DNA of 56,464 nucleotides, from IMG/VR virus record IMGVR_UViG_3300046520_000318. One strand, given 5' to 3'. The stretch's first letter is position 1; each line of letters starts with the position of its first letter. This document shows positions 25,367 through 35,602 of the stretch, in pieces. This DNA comes from an uncultured virus (IMG/VR IMGVR_UViG_3300046520_000318) (Duplodnaviria > Heunggongvirae > Uroviricota > Caudoviricetes). Below the pieces are notes generated by a model. It had not been told where the DNA came from, did no database searches, and was given only the letters and a program-made list of their open reading frames with translations. A program made the translations under genes and the position numbers.

Positions 25367-26694
25367 TCGCCAGCACCGGAAACCTGTTGTTTGATCGCCA
25401 GCTGTCTCGCTGGTACGCGCTGAAAGATCACCCTGTTCAATTGGCACTTGTCGCCGCTGTCGGCAATGGAATTCGTTTCCCGTTAGTGCCTGCTGGGCGC
25501 CGTAGCGGAAAGACCGAGCGCTTCAAGCGCTTTCTTGTGAAGCAGGCCAGCGCCTACGCGGGCATGTACTTCGCTGCGGCACCGACCCACGCCCAGGCCA
25601 AGAAGATATTCTGGGATGACCTGAAGGCCTTTACCCTGTCGTGCATGCACAGCCGGCGCCCCTCTGAGTCCGACCTGATCATCTACCTGGACAATGGTAG
25701 CGAGGTTCACGTCATCGGTCTGGATAAGCCGCAACGGATCGAGGGTATCCCTTGGACCGGCGGTGGCATCGACGAGTTTGCCGACATCAAGTCGGATGCA
25801 TGGGAGGCGAACATTCTCCCCGCGCTGAACACCGTTAACCCGACCATGCCCGACTATCGCGCCTGGTGCTGGTTGCTGGGCGTGCCAGACGGCCTGAACC
25901 ACTACTACGACCTGTGCATGCAGGCCGAGACTGGGCACGACCCGAACTTTCAGGTGTTTCACTGGAAGTCAGCTGAAATTCTGCCTCCCGATGTGATGGA
26001 CGCCATGAAGCGCGCCATGTCGGCCAAGCAGTTCAAGCAAGAATTCGAAGCATCGTTTGAGACGGCGACTGGCCGAATCTACGAGGACTACAGCAAGGCC
26101 AACACCACGACAGCGACGATTGAGCCACACGAACAGCTGATGTGGATGCACGACCAGAACTTCACGCCTCTTTCGTCCGCCATTGGTGTCCGGCGCAACG
26201 GTGGAAAGGACCTCTATCTGCTTGATGAGATCGTCCTGACCAGCGCTATCTCGCGTCAGTCGGCTGTTGAGTTCGTGGAGAAGTTCAAGGATCACAAGAA
26301 CAAGCACGTCATCATTTACGGTGACCCGGCGGGCAAGGCAGGAGAGAAGCACGGCCACGCATCGGACTACACCGATATCGAGGGCGTGCTGAAGGCGAAC
26401 GGCTGGCAGTACACCAGAAAGGTGAAGCCGGCCCACCCGGCCATCAAGGATCGTCAGAACGCTGTTCGGGCCAAGATCCTGACCGCATCGGGCGATATCA
26501 GCCTGTTTGTAAATCCTGTTACCGCTTCCTGGTGCCACAAGGGCTTAAGCACAGTCCAGCTTCAAGCCGGATCAAGCTTCCAGGAGGATCAGAAAAACGA
26601 CTACCAGCACATCACGACGGCGATCGGTTACTGCATCGACGTCGAATGGCCATGCATCAAGCGCACTGCCTCTACCGAGACCCTGAGAATCTGA
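25363..26694 (+). CDS. Terminase large subunit
   Basis: Walker A AGRRSGKT, Walker B GGIDEFAD, FKQEFEASF, nuclease-like C-terminal domain. Confidence 0.92.
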   Translation: MIASTGNLLFDRQLSRWYALKDHPVQLALVAAVGNGIRFPLVPAGRRSGKTERFKRFLVKQASAYAGMYFAAAPTHAQAKKIFWDDLKAFTLSCMHSRRPSESDLIIYLDNGSEVHVIGLDKPQRIEGIPWTGGGIDEFADIKSDAWEANILPALNTVNPTMPDYRAWCWLLGVPDGLNHYYDLCMQAETGHDPNFQVFHWKSAEILPPDVMDAMKRAMSAKQFKQEFEASFETATGRIYEDYSKANTTTATIEPHEQLMWMHDQNFTPLSSAIGVRRNGGKDLYLLDEIVLTSAISRQSAVEFVEKFKDHKNKHVIIYGDPAGKAGEKHGHASDYTDIEGVLKANGWQYTRKVKPAHPAIKDRQNAVRAKILTASGDISLFVNPVTASWCHKGLSTVQLQAGSSFQEDQKNDYQHITTAIGYCIDVEWPCIKRTASTETLRI

Positions 26695-26695
26695 T

Positions 26696-28087
26696 ATGTC
26701 CGATGACCCAAGCAAAACACTCAAAGCCGTGGACGACATGCGGGAAGAGTGGGACATCGTCGAGCCGCTCATGAGGGGGACCAGCGCGATGCGCCGGGCA
26801 GGCGAGGCGCTGCTGCCAAAATGGCCAAAAGAAGAGGATCGTGATTACAGGGTGCGACTGAAACAGTCGACCCTGTTGCCTGCCTACAGTGAAACCGTAA
26901 AGAACAACACCGGGCGCGTGTTCGCCGAGCCAATTGTTCTTGGTGATGACGTTCCTGATGCGCTAAGGCCCTACACCGAGAATTTCGACCAGCAGGGCAA
27001 TAACTTGCAGGTCTGGTCTCAGACCTTCTTCAGCACTGCTTTGGCCTATGGCTTGTGCCACGTGCTGATCGACTACCCCAAGACAGTGGGTGCGGACGGA
27101 GCGCCAACAGTGCGCACCAAGGCGCAAGAGATCGCCGCCGGGGTTCGCCCTTACGCCATCATGGTCCGGCCTCAGCAAGTACTGGGGTGGCGCTCCACCA
27201 CGAACAATGGTCAGCATGTCTTGACCCAGTTCCGCTACATGGAGATGGTCGAGGAGGATGAGGGCGAGTTTGGCACCAAGCTGATTGAGCAGATCCGCGT
27301 GCTGGTGCCTGGTGGCTGGGCAACCTACCGCAAAGCCAAGAACGGGGACAAGGAAAGCTGGGAGCAGAACGACAAGGGCACGAACTCCCAACTCGTCATC
27401 CCGCTGGCTACGTATTACACCAACCGCACCGGCTACATGAAGGCTTCTCCACCGCTGCTTGAGTTGGCCCACCTCAACGTCAAGCATTGGCAGTCACAAA
27501 GCGATCAGGACAACATCCTGCACGTGGCGCGGGTTCCGATGCTTGCAATCTCTGGGATTGATGACGAAACCTGGGAGCTGAAAGTCGGCACCGCCTCTGC
27601 CACGAAGCTGCCAACCGGCGGTGAGATGAAGTGGGTGGAACACACTGGTCAGGCAATCGGCGCCGGTCGAACGTCGCTGATCGACCTTGAAGACCAGATG
27701 CGTCAGGCTGGCGCCAAGCTGCTGGAGAAGGACAAGCAGGCGACCAAGACCGCGACTCAGGCCGAGGAAGAGGCTGCTCAGGAGATGAGCCCGCTTCAAA
27801 CCATGGCCGAGCAACTGGAGGACGCAATCGATCAAGCGTTGCAGTTCTGCGCGGACTATATCGGCCAGCCTGACGGCGGGCATGTTCAGGTCAACGGGAA
27901 CTTCGATGTCGACTTCGCGCCGGAAACCACATTGCCTTTACTGCTGAACATGGCAGCTCAGGGCCGGCTGTCTGACCAGACACTGTTCGCTGAGTACCGG
28001 CGCCGAGGCGTTGTCTCGACCGACCTGATCTGGGACGAGGAAAAGCAAAAGATTGCCGACCAAGGACCAGCACTTGGAGCGCTGTAG
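26696..28087 (+). CDS. Portal protein (DUF4055-type)
   Basis: 463 aa after TerL; PPLLELAHLNVKHWQSQSD. Confidence 0.85.
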   Translation: MSDDPSKTLKAVDDMREEWDIVEPLMRGTSAMRRAGEALLPKWPKEEDRDYRVRLKQSTLLPAYSETVKNNTGRVFAEPIVLGDDVPDALRPYTENFDQQGNNLQVWSQTFFSTALAYGLCHVLIDYPKTVGADGAPTVRTKAQEIAAGVRPYAIMVRPQQVLGWRSTTNNGQHVLTQFRYMEMVEEDEGEFGTKLIEQIRVLVPGGWATYRKAKNGDKESWEQNDKGTNSQLVIPLATYYTNRTGYMKASPPLLELAHLNVKHWQSQSDQDNILHVARVPMLAISGIDDETWELKVGTASATKLPTGGEMKWVEHTGQAIGAGRTSLIDLEDQMRQAGAKLLEKDKQATKTATQAEEEAAQEMSPLQTMAEQLEDAIDQALQFCADYIGQPDGGHVQVNGNFDVDFAPETTLPLLLNMAAQGRLSDQTLFAEYRRRGVVSTDLIWDEEKQKIADQGPALGAL

Positions 28088-29200
28088 ATGCCGACCGTCA
28101 ATGAACTGCTTGCCGATGAGAGCGTGGCGCACGCCGTCTCTCTGGAGAAGTACAAGGCCGGCGTGGTCCGGCGCATCATCGCGCTGCTGAACCGGTCCGA
28201 TTCGCAATTGGTGGAGGAACTGGGGAGGGCGCTTGAGCGATTGCCTGCTGAATCATTCACTGTCGAGCGTCTTGAAGCCCTGCTGGATCAGGTCAAGCAG
28301 GTGAACTCTGCTGCCTACACTCAGGTGGCTCAAGCTCTTGAGGCTGATCTGACGGAGCTTTCGGGATATGAAGTGTCGTGGCAGCAAAAGCTGTTGGATG
28401 TGACGATTCCCGAGCCGGTGCTGATTCATTTCCCGCTGGTACGCCTCAGTGCCCACCAAGTATATGCCGCGGCGATGGCCCGCCCGTTCCAAGGCCGACT
28501 GCTTCGTGATTGGTCATCGACCATTGAGGCGGATCGGATGGTGAAGGTCCGCAATGCGGTCCGCACGGGCTATCTGGAAGGCAAGACCACGGACCAGATC
28601 ATTCGCAGCGTGCGTGGCACCCGAGCTGCTGGGTACGCTGACGGCTTCCTTGAGCGTCCACGGCAGGATCTGGCGACGATCATCAGATCAGCCGTCAGCC
28701 ATACCGCTGCGGTCGCTCGCGAGAACCTGTATCAGGCGAACTCAGATGTGATCGCCGCAGAGGATTGGACCAGCACACTGGACACAAAGACCAGCGAGCC
28801 ATGCCGGATTCGGGACAAGCTTCCCTACGAGGTTGGCACGCACAAACCGATTGGCCACAAGGTGCCATGGCTGCAGGGGCCTGGCCGACTGCACTTCAAT
28901 TGCCGCTCCACATCTTCGCCGCGAACGAAATCGTGGCGCGAGTTCGGCATCCCAATTGACGAGATGACCGACAAGCAGCGAGCGAGCATGGACGGCGCCG
29001 TCCCGGCGGCTACGAATTACAGCCAGTGGCTGGAGCGTCAGCCCGCGGCCCGGCAGATCGAAGTGCTTGGACCGGCCCGCTACCAGATGCTCAAGGACGG
29101 CAAAAGCCTGGAAAGCTTCTACAGCCCGACAGGTGAGTGGCTGACCATAGAACAACTGAAGGAGCAGGACGCGAAGACATTCGCTAAAATGGCCGCATGA
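28088..29200 (+). CDS. Minor head morphogenesis protein (SPP1 gp7/Mu F-like)
   Basis: STLDTKTSEPC...HFNCRS motif; follows portal. Confidence 0.85.
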   Translation: MPTVNELLADESVAHAVSLEKYKAGVVRRIIALLNRSDSQLVEELGRALERLPAESFTVERLEALLDQVKQVNSAAYTQVAQALEADLTELSGYEVSWQQKLLDVTIPEPVLIHFPLVRLSAHQVYAAAMARPFQGRLLRDWSSTIEADRMVKVRNAVRTGYLEGKTTDQIIRSVRGTRAAGYADGFLERPRQDLATIIRSAVSHTAAVARENLYQANSDVIAAEDWTSTLDTKTSEPCRIRDKLPYEVGTHKPIGHKVPWLQGPGRLHFNCRSTSSPRTKSWREFGIPIDEMTDKQRASMDGAVPAATNYSQWLERQPAARQIEVLGPARYQMLKDGKSLESFYSPTGEWLTIEQLKEQDAKTFAKMAA

Positions 29201-29448
29201 CCGACAAACCGCGCTTCCACGTCATTCACGGCACACCCGCCCCGGACACACCGGTCGAGCAGGTGCGCAAGCGTGTGCGTGCGATGGCGAAGCCGCCCGC
29301 GATGATCCAGTGCCATCGGTGCGGGGGTCGCGAAGTCATTGAAACCAAGACCGGCGTCATGCTGAAGAGTGGCAAGCCCACCGGCGGCACGAAGCAGTTG
29401 CTATGTGTAGGGTGCTTGATGAATGGTCAAAGGGTAGTGGTCTTATAG
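29197..29448 (+). CDS. Small zinc-finger protein
   Basis: CHRC...CVGC; coupled to upstream gene. Confidence 0.65.
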   Translation: MTDKPRFHVIHGTPAPDTPVEQVRKRVRAMAKPPAMIQCHRCGGREVIETKTGVMLKSGKPTGGTKQLLCVGCLMNGQRVVVL

Positions 29449-29526
29449 CTACTGAGCTATGATCAGGCTGTTGCTGATGCAACTACATCACGATCAACTC
29501 AGCCTGTGCGCAGGTCGGAGCTAAGA

Positions 29527-29877
29527 ATGAAACCCGAATTCAAGATCAAAGAAGTTACGCGATACATCATCACACGCCATGACGCCAGCGGAACCCAGGC
29601 CATGGTCCAGGTTGATAACAGGCAAAACGCTGAAGAGTTGTTGGCAGCCATGCGTGAACAAGCAGATCGCATGGAAGAGCACGGAGAGATGAGCGTGCGC
29701 GAGCTCCCGATTCCGAATCAGGCGAAAGTGTGCCTCTTAGCCGAAAGCATATTGACAGTGAATCAACTCAAGGCCTATAGCTTCAACGAGATTCGCGGGC
29801 TCGCTAACATGAGCATGTCGATGGCGACGCAGATTGAAGATTCCGTTTCTGTTCACGGCGGACTTCGTAAAGAGTAA
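29527..29877 (+). CDS. Protein with RNA polymerase alpha-CTD-like C-terminal half
   Basis: SVRELPIPNQAKVCLLAESILTVNQLKAYSFNEIRGLANMSMSMATQI parallels the alpha-CTD pattern. Confidence 0.55.
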   Translation: MKPEFKIKEVTRYIITRHDASGTQAMVQVDNRQNAEELLAAMREQADRMEEHGEMSVRELPIPNQAKVCLLAESILTVNQLKAYSFNEIRGLANMSMSMATQIEDSVSVHGGLRKE

Positions 29878-29895
29878 GACAGATCGATATACAGA

Positions 29896-29923
29896 GAGCC
29901 CTGGCATCCGCCGGGGCTTTTTT
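29896..29923 (+). terminator. Intrinsic terminator
   Basis: AGCCCTGGC-ATCC-GCCGGGGCT followed by T-tract. Confidence 0.7.
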
Positions 29924-29998
29924 ATGCCTGCGATTCGGATGAATCAGGGCGAACCGCGGCGGATGCCGCTCATAACTGGGCGGACGCCCGGAGATCTC

Positions 29999-30802
29999 AT
30001 GAAACTCAAACTCGACGATCAAGGCCACGTAGTTGTTCAAGATGGCCGCCCGGTGTATGTGCACGACGACGGCAAAGAACTCCCGTTCGATGCGGTCGCA
30101 ACCGTGAACACCATCACCCGCCTGAACGGTGAGGCCAAGTCTCATCGCGAGCGTGCGGAGACTGCCGAGGGCAAGCTCAAGCTCTTTGATGGCATTGAGG
30201 ATGGTGAGAAGGCGCGCGCAGCGCTGGCCACTGTCGCCAACCTCGATGCCGGGCAGCTGGTCCAGGCTGGCAAGGTCGAAGAAATCAAAGCCGCAGCCAT
30301 CGCAGCGACTGAAGAGAAGTTCAAGGCGCAGGTCACCACGCTGGCCGAGCAGGTCAAGACGGTAACTGCCGAGCGCGACACCACCACGGGCATCCTGTAC
30401 CAAGAAAAGATCGGTGGATCGTTCGGACGCTCGAAGTTCGTCGCCGACAAAATCGCCGTCCCTTCCGACATGTTGCAAAACACCTTTGGCAAGGCCTTCA
30501 AGGTCGAAGACGGCAAGGTCGTCGCGTACGGCGAGGATGGAAACAAGATTTACAGCCGCGCCCGTCCAGGCGAGCTGGCTGACTTCGATGAGGCTCTCGA
30601 AACCCTCGTCGAGCGTTACCCCTACAAGGACCACATCCTGAAAAGCTCTGGCGGCAATGGCGGGGGTGCTCCGAACAATGGCGGGAAGCCAAACACGGGC
30701 GGCAAGAGTTACAGCCGTCAACAGTTCACCGCCATGAGCCCGGCTGAACAAGCCGCCATCGGCAAGCAGGTCAGCACCGGCGAAGTCACCATCACCGACT
30801 GA
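29999..30802 (+). CDS. Capsid scaffolding protein (DUF6651-like)
   Basis: Coiled-coil, Ala/Lys/Glu-rich, directly upstream of capsid gene; GGAG RBS. Confidence 0.75.
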   Translation: MKLKLDDQGHVVVQDGRPVYVHDDGKELPFDAVATVNTITRLNGEAKSHRERAETAEGKLKLFDGIEDGEKARAALATVANLDAGQLVQAGKVEEIKAAAIAATEEKFKAQVTTLAEQVKTVTAERDTTTGILYQEKIGGSFGRSKFVADKIAVPSDMLQNTFGKAFKVEDGKVVAYGEDGNKIYSRARPGELADFDEALETLVERYPYKDHILKSSGGNGGGAPNNGGKPNTGGKSYSRQQFTAMSPAEQAAIGKQVSTGEVTITD

Positions 30803-30895
30803 CAGCGCCATTGAATTTCCGAAACCCGGATGGGGATCGGAGCACGGGCCGGATAGCCCACCAAAACCTTTCCCTATCCAAAGAAGGATTTCATC

Positions 30896-32062
30896 GTGTC
30901 AAACACCCTCACTGGCCTTATTGGCCCGCTGTACGAAGCGCTCGACATCGTGTCGCGCGAGCTGGTCGGCTTTACCAAAATCGCTACCCTTGACTCCACC
31001 GCCGAAACCGCGGCTGTGGGTCAGGAGGTGCGTTCCCCAGTCGTGCAGCCTGTTGGTCTGCAAGACATCACCCCCGGCCAGACCGCGCCGAATGCTGGTG
31101 ACCATGTCATCAGCAACATTCCGGTCGTCATCACCAACAGCAAGTCGTATCCGATCCGCTGGAACGGCGAGGAGCAGAAAGGACTGAACGGCCCTGCGGG
31201 TGCGGGCACCAGCACCATCATGCGCGACCAGTTCGTTCAGGCGTTCCGCACGCTGGGCAATGCTGTCGACGCTGATCTGGCAAACGCAGCGGTGCGCGGT
31301 GCGTCCCGTGCTACCGGCACCCCAGGCACCACGCCGTTCGGTACGGCGGGTGATCTGAGTGACTTCGCTCTGGCCCGTCAGATCCTGGAAGACAACGGCG
31401 CGCCTACCACCAACCTCGCGATGGTGCTGAACTCGGCAGCCGCTGCGAACGTCCGCGGCAAACAGTCGGTGCTGTTCAAGGCAAACGAGGCGGGCACTGA
31501 TGAATTGCTCCGCCAGGGCATCATCGGACGCGTTGAAGGTTTTGACGTCGGCCAGTCGGCTCAGCTGAGGCCCATCACCAAGGGCACGGGCGCTGGTTGG
31601 CTGGTAAACAGCGGCGGTCTGGTAATCGGTTCTGTGTCGATTCCTGTAGACACCGGCACCGGCACAATCCTGGCGGGCGACGCCATCACCTTTGCAGGCG
31701 ATCCGAATGTCTACATGGTGACCGGTGCACTCTCGGGCGGCATTGTCACCATCGGTGGCCCAGGCCTGCTGACTCCCATCGCTGATAACACCGCGATTAC
31801 GGTCGGCAACAGCTATCGCCCAAGCGTGGCGTTTGCTCGCTCCGCATTGGTTCTCGCCGCGCGTCAGCCGGCTATGCCAGTGGGGCTGGACGGTAAGGCC
31901 ATCGACGCCGCTGACGACGTGATGACTGTCACCGATCCGGTGTCGGGCTTGAACTTCCAGCTGGTTCAGTACCGTCAGTATCGCCAGATCTACTGGGAGA
32001 TCGCGCTGGCTTGGGGTGTGAAAGCCGTCAAGCCAGATCACATCGCGGTTCTGCGCGGTTAA
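30896..32062 (+). CDS. Major capsid protein (P22 coat-like family)
   Basis: 388 aa after scaffold; GIIGRVEGFDV, WGVKAVKPDHIAVL C-terminus. Confidence 0.88.
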   Translation: MSNTLTGLIGPLYEALDIVSRELVGFTKIATLDSTAETAAVGQEVRSPVVQPVGLQDITPGQTAPNAGDHVISNIPVVITNSKSYPIRWNGEEQKGLNGPAGAGTSTIMRDQFVQAFRTLGNAVDADLANAAVRGASRATGTPGTTPFGTAGDLSDFALARQILEDNGAPTTNLAMVLNSAAAANVRGKQSVLFKANEAGTDELLRQGIIGRVEGFDVGQSAQLRPITKGTGAGWLVNSGGLVIGSVSIPVDTGTGTILAGDAITFAGDPNVYMVTGALSGGIVTIGGPGLLTPIADNTAITVGNSYRPSVAFARSALVLAARQPAMPVGLDGKAIDAADDVMTVTDPVSGLNFQLVQYRQYRQIYWEIALAWGVKAVKPDHIAVLRG

Positions 32063-32130
32063 CTTTGCCGCAATCGAGTGTGCAGCGGGTTCACTCGCTG
32101 CCACCTGTTACACCATTCGAGGAAATGAAA

Positions 32131-32550
32131 ATGACCAAGAAGACTACTGATCAGAAAGCCGCTGATGCTCAGCAGGTTGCTGACGACCTGCAAGCGAAGG
32201 CCGACGCTACCACCGTGTCACCTGAGCAGGCCAAGGCGGATGACGCAGCACAAAAAGCCGATGACCTCCTGGCTCGGGCCCAGGAAGAAAAGGCCATCGA
32301 CGAGCGCACTGCAGATGAAACGTTGGCCGGTGAAGTGAACGTCATCGATCCGAAGTTGCCTGCGGGTGATCACGATGCGCAGGTATTCGGCAATGTGCCT
32401 CAGAATCCTGCCCCTGCCCCGGGCCTTGACCCTGCGGTCGAAACCGTTCGGATGGTCAACGACAAGCCAGACGGAAGCCAGGCCTTCGCCGATGTGCACC
32501 CGGAAATGACCGGCGACTATACCCGGGCGGGCTGGCGCCTGGCAGAGTGA
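32131..32550 (+). CDS. Hypothetical head-associated protein
   Basis: GAGGA RBS; acidic low-complexity protein after capsid gene. Confidence 0.6.
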   Translation: MTKKTTDQKAADAQQVADDLQAKADATTVSPEQAKADDAAQKADDLLARAQEEKAIDERTADETLAGEVNVIDPKLPAGDHDAQVFGNVPQNPAPAPGLDPAVETVRMVNDKPDGSQAFADVHPEMTGDYTRAGWRLAE

Positions 32551-32607
32551 CCAAGTGCGCGCCACACGCTGTGGCGCGGTACCCAAACAAACGAAGGGAG
32601 GCTCGCT

Positions 32608-33102
32608 GTGACCTTGATTATCGAAACGGGCAAGGGCCTGCCTGATGCCGAGAGCTTCGCCACTGCTGCGGAGCTGGCTGATTACGCCGTAAAGTTCGGA
32701 AAGATGGTGCCAGCCGATGAGGCCGCGCAAGAGGCGTTGCTTCGTCGCGCCGCGCTACAGATGGGCGCCATTCCTTGGAAGGGTTGCGCACTGAGCCGGG
32801 ATCAGGCGCTAGCGTGGCCACGGTATAACGTGCGCCGGAATGGGTGGGAGTTGGATTCCCGCACCATTCCCCCGCAGGTGAGGGCTGGGCAATTAGCGCT
32901 TGCCGCCGAGATCCACGCTGACGACCTCGTCAACCCTGACACCAAGGTCGGCGCGATCGTCTCTGAGACGGTTGGCCCGCTGAGCACCACCTACGCTGCG
33001 GCGAAGACTTCGGCCAGCAAGCCCGCGGCGATCCGCCAGTCGTATGCGCAGTTCGCGGGGCTGGTGGAGTCTTCGGGGCAGGTCAGACTGACCCGGAGCT
33101 AA
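32608..33102 (+). CDS. Head-tail adaptor (DnaT_2-like)
   Basis: IIETGKGLPDAESF...QALAWPR...IPPQV. Confidence 0.75.
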   Translation: MTLIIETGKGLPDAESFATAAELADYAVKFGKMVPADEAAQEALLRRAALQMGAIPWKGCALSRDQALAWPRYNVRRNGWELDSRTIPPQVRAGQLALAAEIHADDLVNPDTKVGAIVSETVGPLSTTYAAAKTSASKPAAIRQSYAQFAGLVESSGQVRLTRS

Positions 33103-33404
33103 CCTCCGAGAGCATACTCGAGGATCGTCCCTTTGAATTTAGCTACCGGCACGTCAGCCAGCAGCCAGTCTTCAATGTCCGAAATGAGGTTTGAATCGAA
33201 GTCGGAGAGCTTTTTTCCGATTTTGACGTGCATATTCGAAAAGTGCAGTGCAAACCGCGACTGACCGTCTCGTTGGAAGGCGAGCACGAGAGCATCGCGT
33301 AGGGCTGTGACGTGGCGAGAGATGTCATCTGTATGGGATTGCTGCAGCAGGAGCGCGACGCGCGCTGTGATTATTCGTTTAGCCATATCGGCACGGGTAA
33401 GCAT
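33099..33404 (-). CDS. Hypothetical protein inserted antisense in head-tail module
   Basis: 101-aa ORF filling the gap between two connector genes. Confidence 0.4.
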   Translation of the reverse strand: MLTRADMAKRIITARVALLLQQSHTDDISRHVTALRDALVLAFQRDGQSRFALHFSNMHVKIGKKLSDFDSNLISDIEDWLLADVPVAKFKGTILEYALGG

Positions 33405-33435
33405 ATGGAAAACCTAAAGTCTTTGGCGGTGGAAT

Positions 33436-33825
33436 ATGACTGATATCTACGATCGTGCCAAGGCATCAGCCATGCGCCTTCTCTCGCCGCGATCGGCCGG
33501 CGGCAAGGGCTTGGAGCTGACCCTGAAGCGCACCACGCAGGGCGAATACGACCCAGGCACCGGCGGCAGCACTCCGACTGTTGAAGCCTTCGAGGGCTCG
33601 GGCTTTCGCGAGAACTACAAGCAGTCCGACATCGACGGCACCCGTATCAAGCAGGGCGACGTCAAGATTCTGATTTCTCCGATGCTGTTGAACGGCTCGG
33701 ATATGCCAAAGCCCGAGAGCCAGGACAGCATCCTCTTCGATGGCGACATCTACACCATCCAGAACGTCGATCCCTGGGATTACGCAGGGCTGGCGGTCGG
33801 TTACAGCGCGCAGGCCCGAAAATGA
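33436..33825 (+). CDS. Head closure/joining protein
   Basis: GEYDPGTG, IDGTRIKQGDVK; synteny. Confidence 0.7.
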   Translation: MTDIYDRAKASAMRLLSPRSAGGKGLELTLKRTTQGEYDPGTGGSTPTVEAFEGSGFRENYKQSDIDGTRIKQGDVKILISPMLLNGSDMPKPESQDSILFDGDIYTIQNVDPWDYAGLAVGYSAQARK

Positions 33826-34457
33826 GTTTCAGCCTTGACCTCCAAGCATTCGTAGAGAAGGCCAAGGCAAACGCCGAGACCGTGGTGAAGAAGGTGTCGC
33901 TCGACTTGGTCTACTCGGTCATTGACCGGTCGCCGGTCGGCAATCCCGAGCTGTGGGCAGCCAACCTTGCCTACCGCGAGAGGAACACCCGCGAGGCCGA
34001 TGACTACGACTTCAAGGTCGCGGCACGCAATACGGTCATCAACCTGACCGAATCCAATTTCACCAAGTCCGGGAAGCTCAAGAAGGGCATCAAGTATGCC
34101 AAGCCGCTGACCAAGGCCGAGCGAGTTCAAAACTTCAACGTCAACGGGCTTGTTTCCGGCAAGGGCTACGTCGGCGGCCGGTTTCGTGGCAATTGGCAGG
34201 TCAGCTTCGACTCTCCAGTCACGGGGCAGCTCGACCTGATCGACCCGCAAGGTACCGAAGCGAAGGGCGACGCTTCTGCCCTCATTCAATCCTTCAGCAG
34301 CGAGGTCGGCACCATCTGGCTGATCAACAATCTGCCGTACGGCCCGCGCCTCGAGTACGAGGCCTGGTCGAAGCAGGCGCCGGCCGGAATGGTCCGCGTC
34401 TCAGTCACTGAATTCCAAACCTACATCAACAATGCCGTCTCGGGACTTGAGAAATGA
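33822..34457 (+). CDS. HK97 gp10-like neck/tail completion protein
   Basis: RSPVG, GRFRGNWQVS, NNLPYGPRLEY, SKQAPAGMVR. Confidence 0.8.
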   Translation: MSFSLDLQAFVEKAKANAETVVKKVSLDLVYSVIDRSPVGNPELWAANLAYRERNTREADDYDFKVAARNTVINLTESNFTKSGKLKKGIKYAKPLTKAERVQNFNVNGLVSGKGYVGGRFRGNWQVSFDSPVTGQLDLIDPQGTEAKGDASALIQSFSSEVGTIWLINNLPYGPRLEYEAWSKQAPAGMVRVSVTEFQTYINNAVSGLEK

Positions 34458-34873
34458 GCGACAGGCTGATTCGCGCGGCATTTGAAAGCCGCCTCAACAC
34501 CTGGGCCAATGCCAGAACACCGAAGCTGCCGATCGCATTCGAGGATGTCTCGTTCACCCCGCCAACTGGTGGTGGCACGTACCTGCAAGCCTATCTGCTG
34601 CCAGCCAACGTCGACAGCACCGACCTTGAAGGGGTGCATCGACTATATCAGGGCGTGTTCCAGATCAACGTCGTCACGGCCGCAGGCAGCGGCAGGGGTG
34701 CAGCATCTGCAATCGCTGACGAACTCAGCGCGCTGTTCTCGAACAATCTGATGATCATGCAATCAGGCCTGCCTGTTTTCGTCATGACTCCGCTTTCGAC
34801 TGCAGCAGCAATTGCAGGTGATACCACCACGTCGCTACCGACATCTTTCCGGTACCGGGCCGACACCTTTTAA
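34454..34873 (+). CDS. Tail terminator protein (DUF4128-like)
   Basis: Synteny before tail tube; YQGVFQINV. Confidence 0.75.
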   Translation: MSDRLIRAAFESRLNTWANARTPKLPIAFEDVSFTPPTGGGTYLQAYLLPANVDSTDLEGVHRLYQGVFQINVVTAAGSGRGAASAIADELSALFSNNLMIMQSGLPVFVMTPLSTAAAIAGDTTTSLPTSFRYRADTF

Positions 34874-34945
34874 CCCGCCCATTGGGCAAACCCTGAGCCT
34901 CGCCAAGTGCGGGGTTTTTCATTTCTGTGAAGAGGAAACAACCCT

Positions 34946-35593
34946 ATGGGCTACAAAATTCCGAACGGTGGCTACTTCCAGCACGCCGCAACCTACGACG
35001 CTGTCTTGGCTTTCAGTGCCTTGTCGAACGCCACCGAAGCTGTTGCAACTGTTACCAGTGCGTCACTGGCCGTCGGTGACATCGTCCTGCTCAGTTCTGG
35101 CTGGAGCAAGCTGGATAACAAGGTCGTACGGGTCAAGACCGCGACAGCAACCGCGATCACCCTGGAAGGGGTCGATACCAGCGACGTCACCCTGTTCCCT
35201 GCCGGCGGCGGCGTGGGCAGTATGAAAAAAGTGCTGACGTGGGTGCAGATCCCACAGGTCTCTGATTTGGCTTTTTCTGGTGGCGAACAGAACTACCTTG
35301 ATGTGGTGTTTCTGGAAGACGATCAGGGCAAACAGATCCCCACTGACAAGTCTGCCGCCAGCATGACTCTCACCATTGCCGACGATCCGGCCAAGCCATT
35401 CAACGCCGTTCTTTTGAAGGCCGATGCGGGCAAGGCAGTCCAGGCCGCGCGTCTCGTCCTCCCCGGGAACGACCAGCTGCTGTACGGCGCTTACACGTCG
35501 TTCTCCAAGCAGCCCGCTGTATCGCGCAGCAATCTCCTGACGCGCACTGTCAGCCTGGCTCTGCAGTCCGAGCCTACTCGCTACCTGTCGTAA
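34946..35593 (+). CDS. Tail tube (major tail) protein
   Basis: SGWSKLDNKV, WVQIPQV...SGGEQ. Confidence 0.85.
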   Translation: MGYKIPNGGYFQHAATYDAVLAFSALSNATEAVATVTSASLAVGDIVLLSSGWSKLDNKVVRVKTATATAITLEGVDTSDVTLFPAGGGVGSMKKVLTWVQIPQVSDLAFSGGEQNYLDVVFLEDDQGKQIPTDKSAASMTLTIADDPAKPFNAVLLKADAGKAVQAARLVLPGNDQLLYGAYTSFSKQPAVSRSNLLTRTVSLALQSEPTRYLS

Positions 35594-35602
35594 GGAGTCA
35601 GT

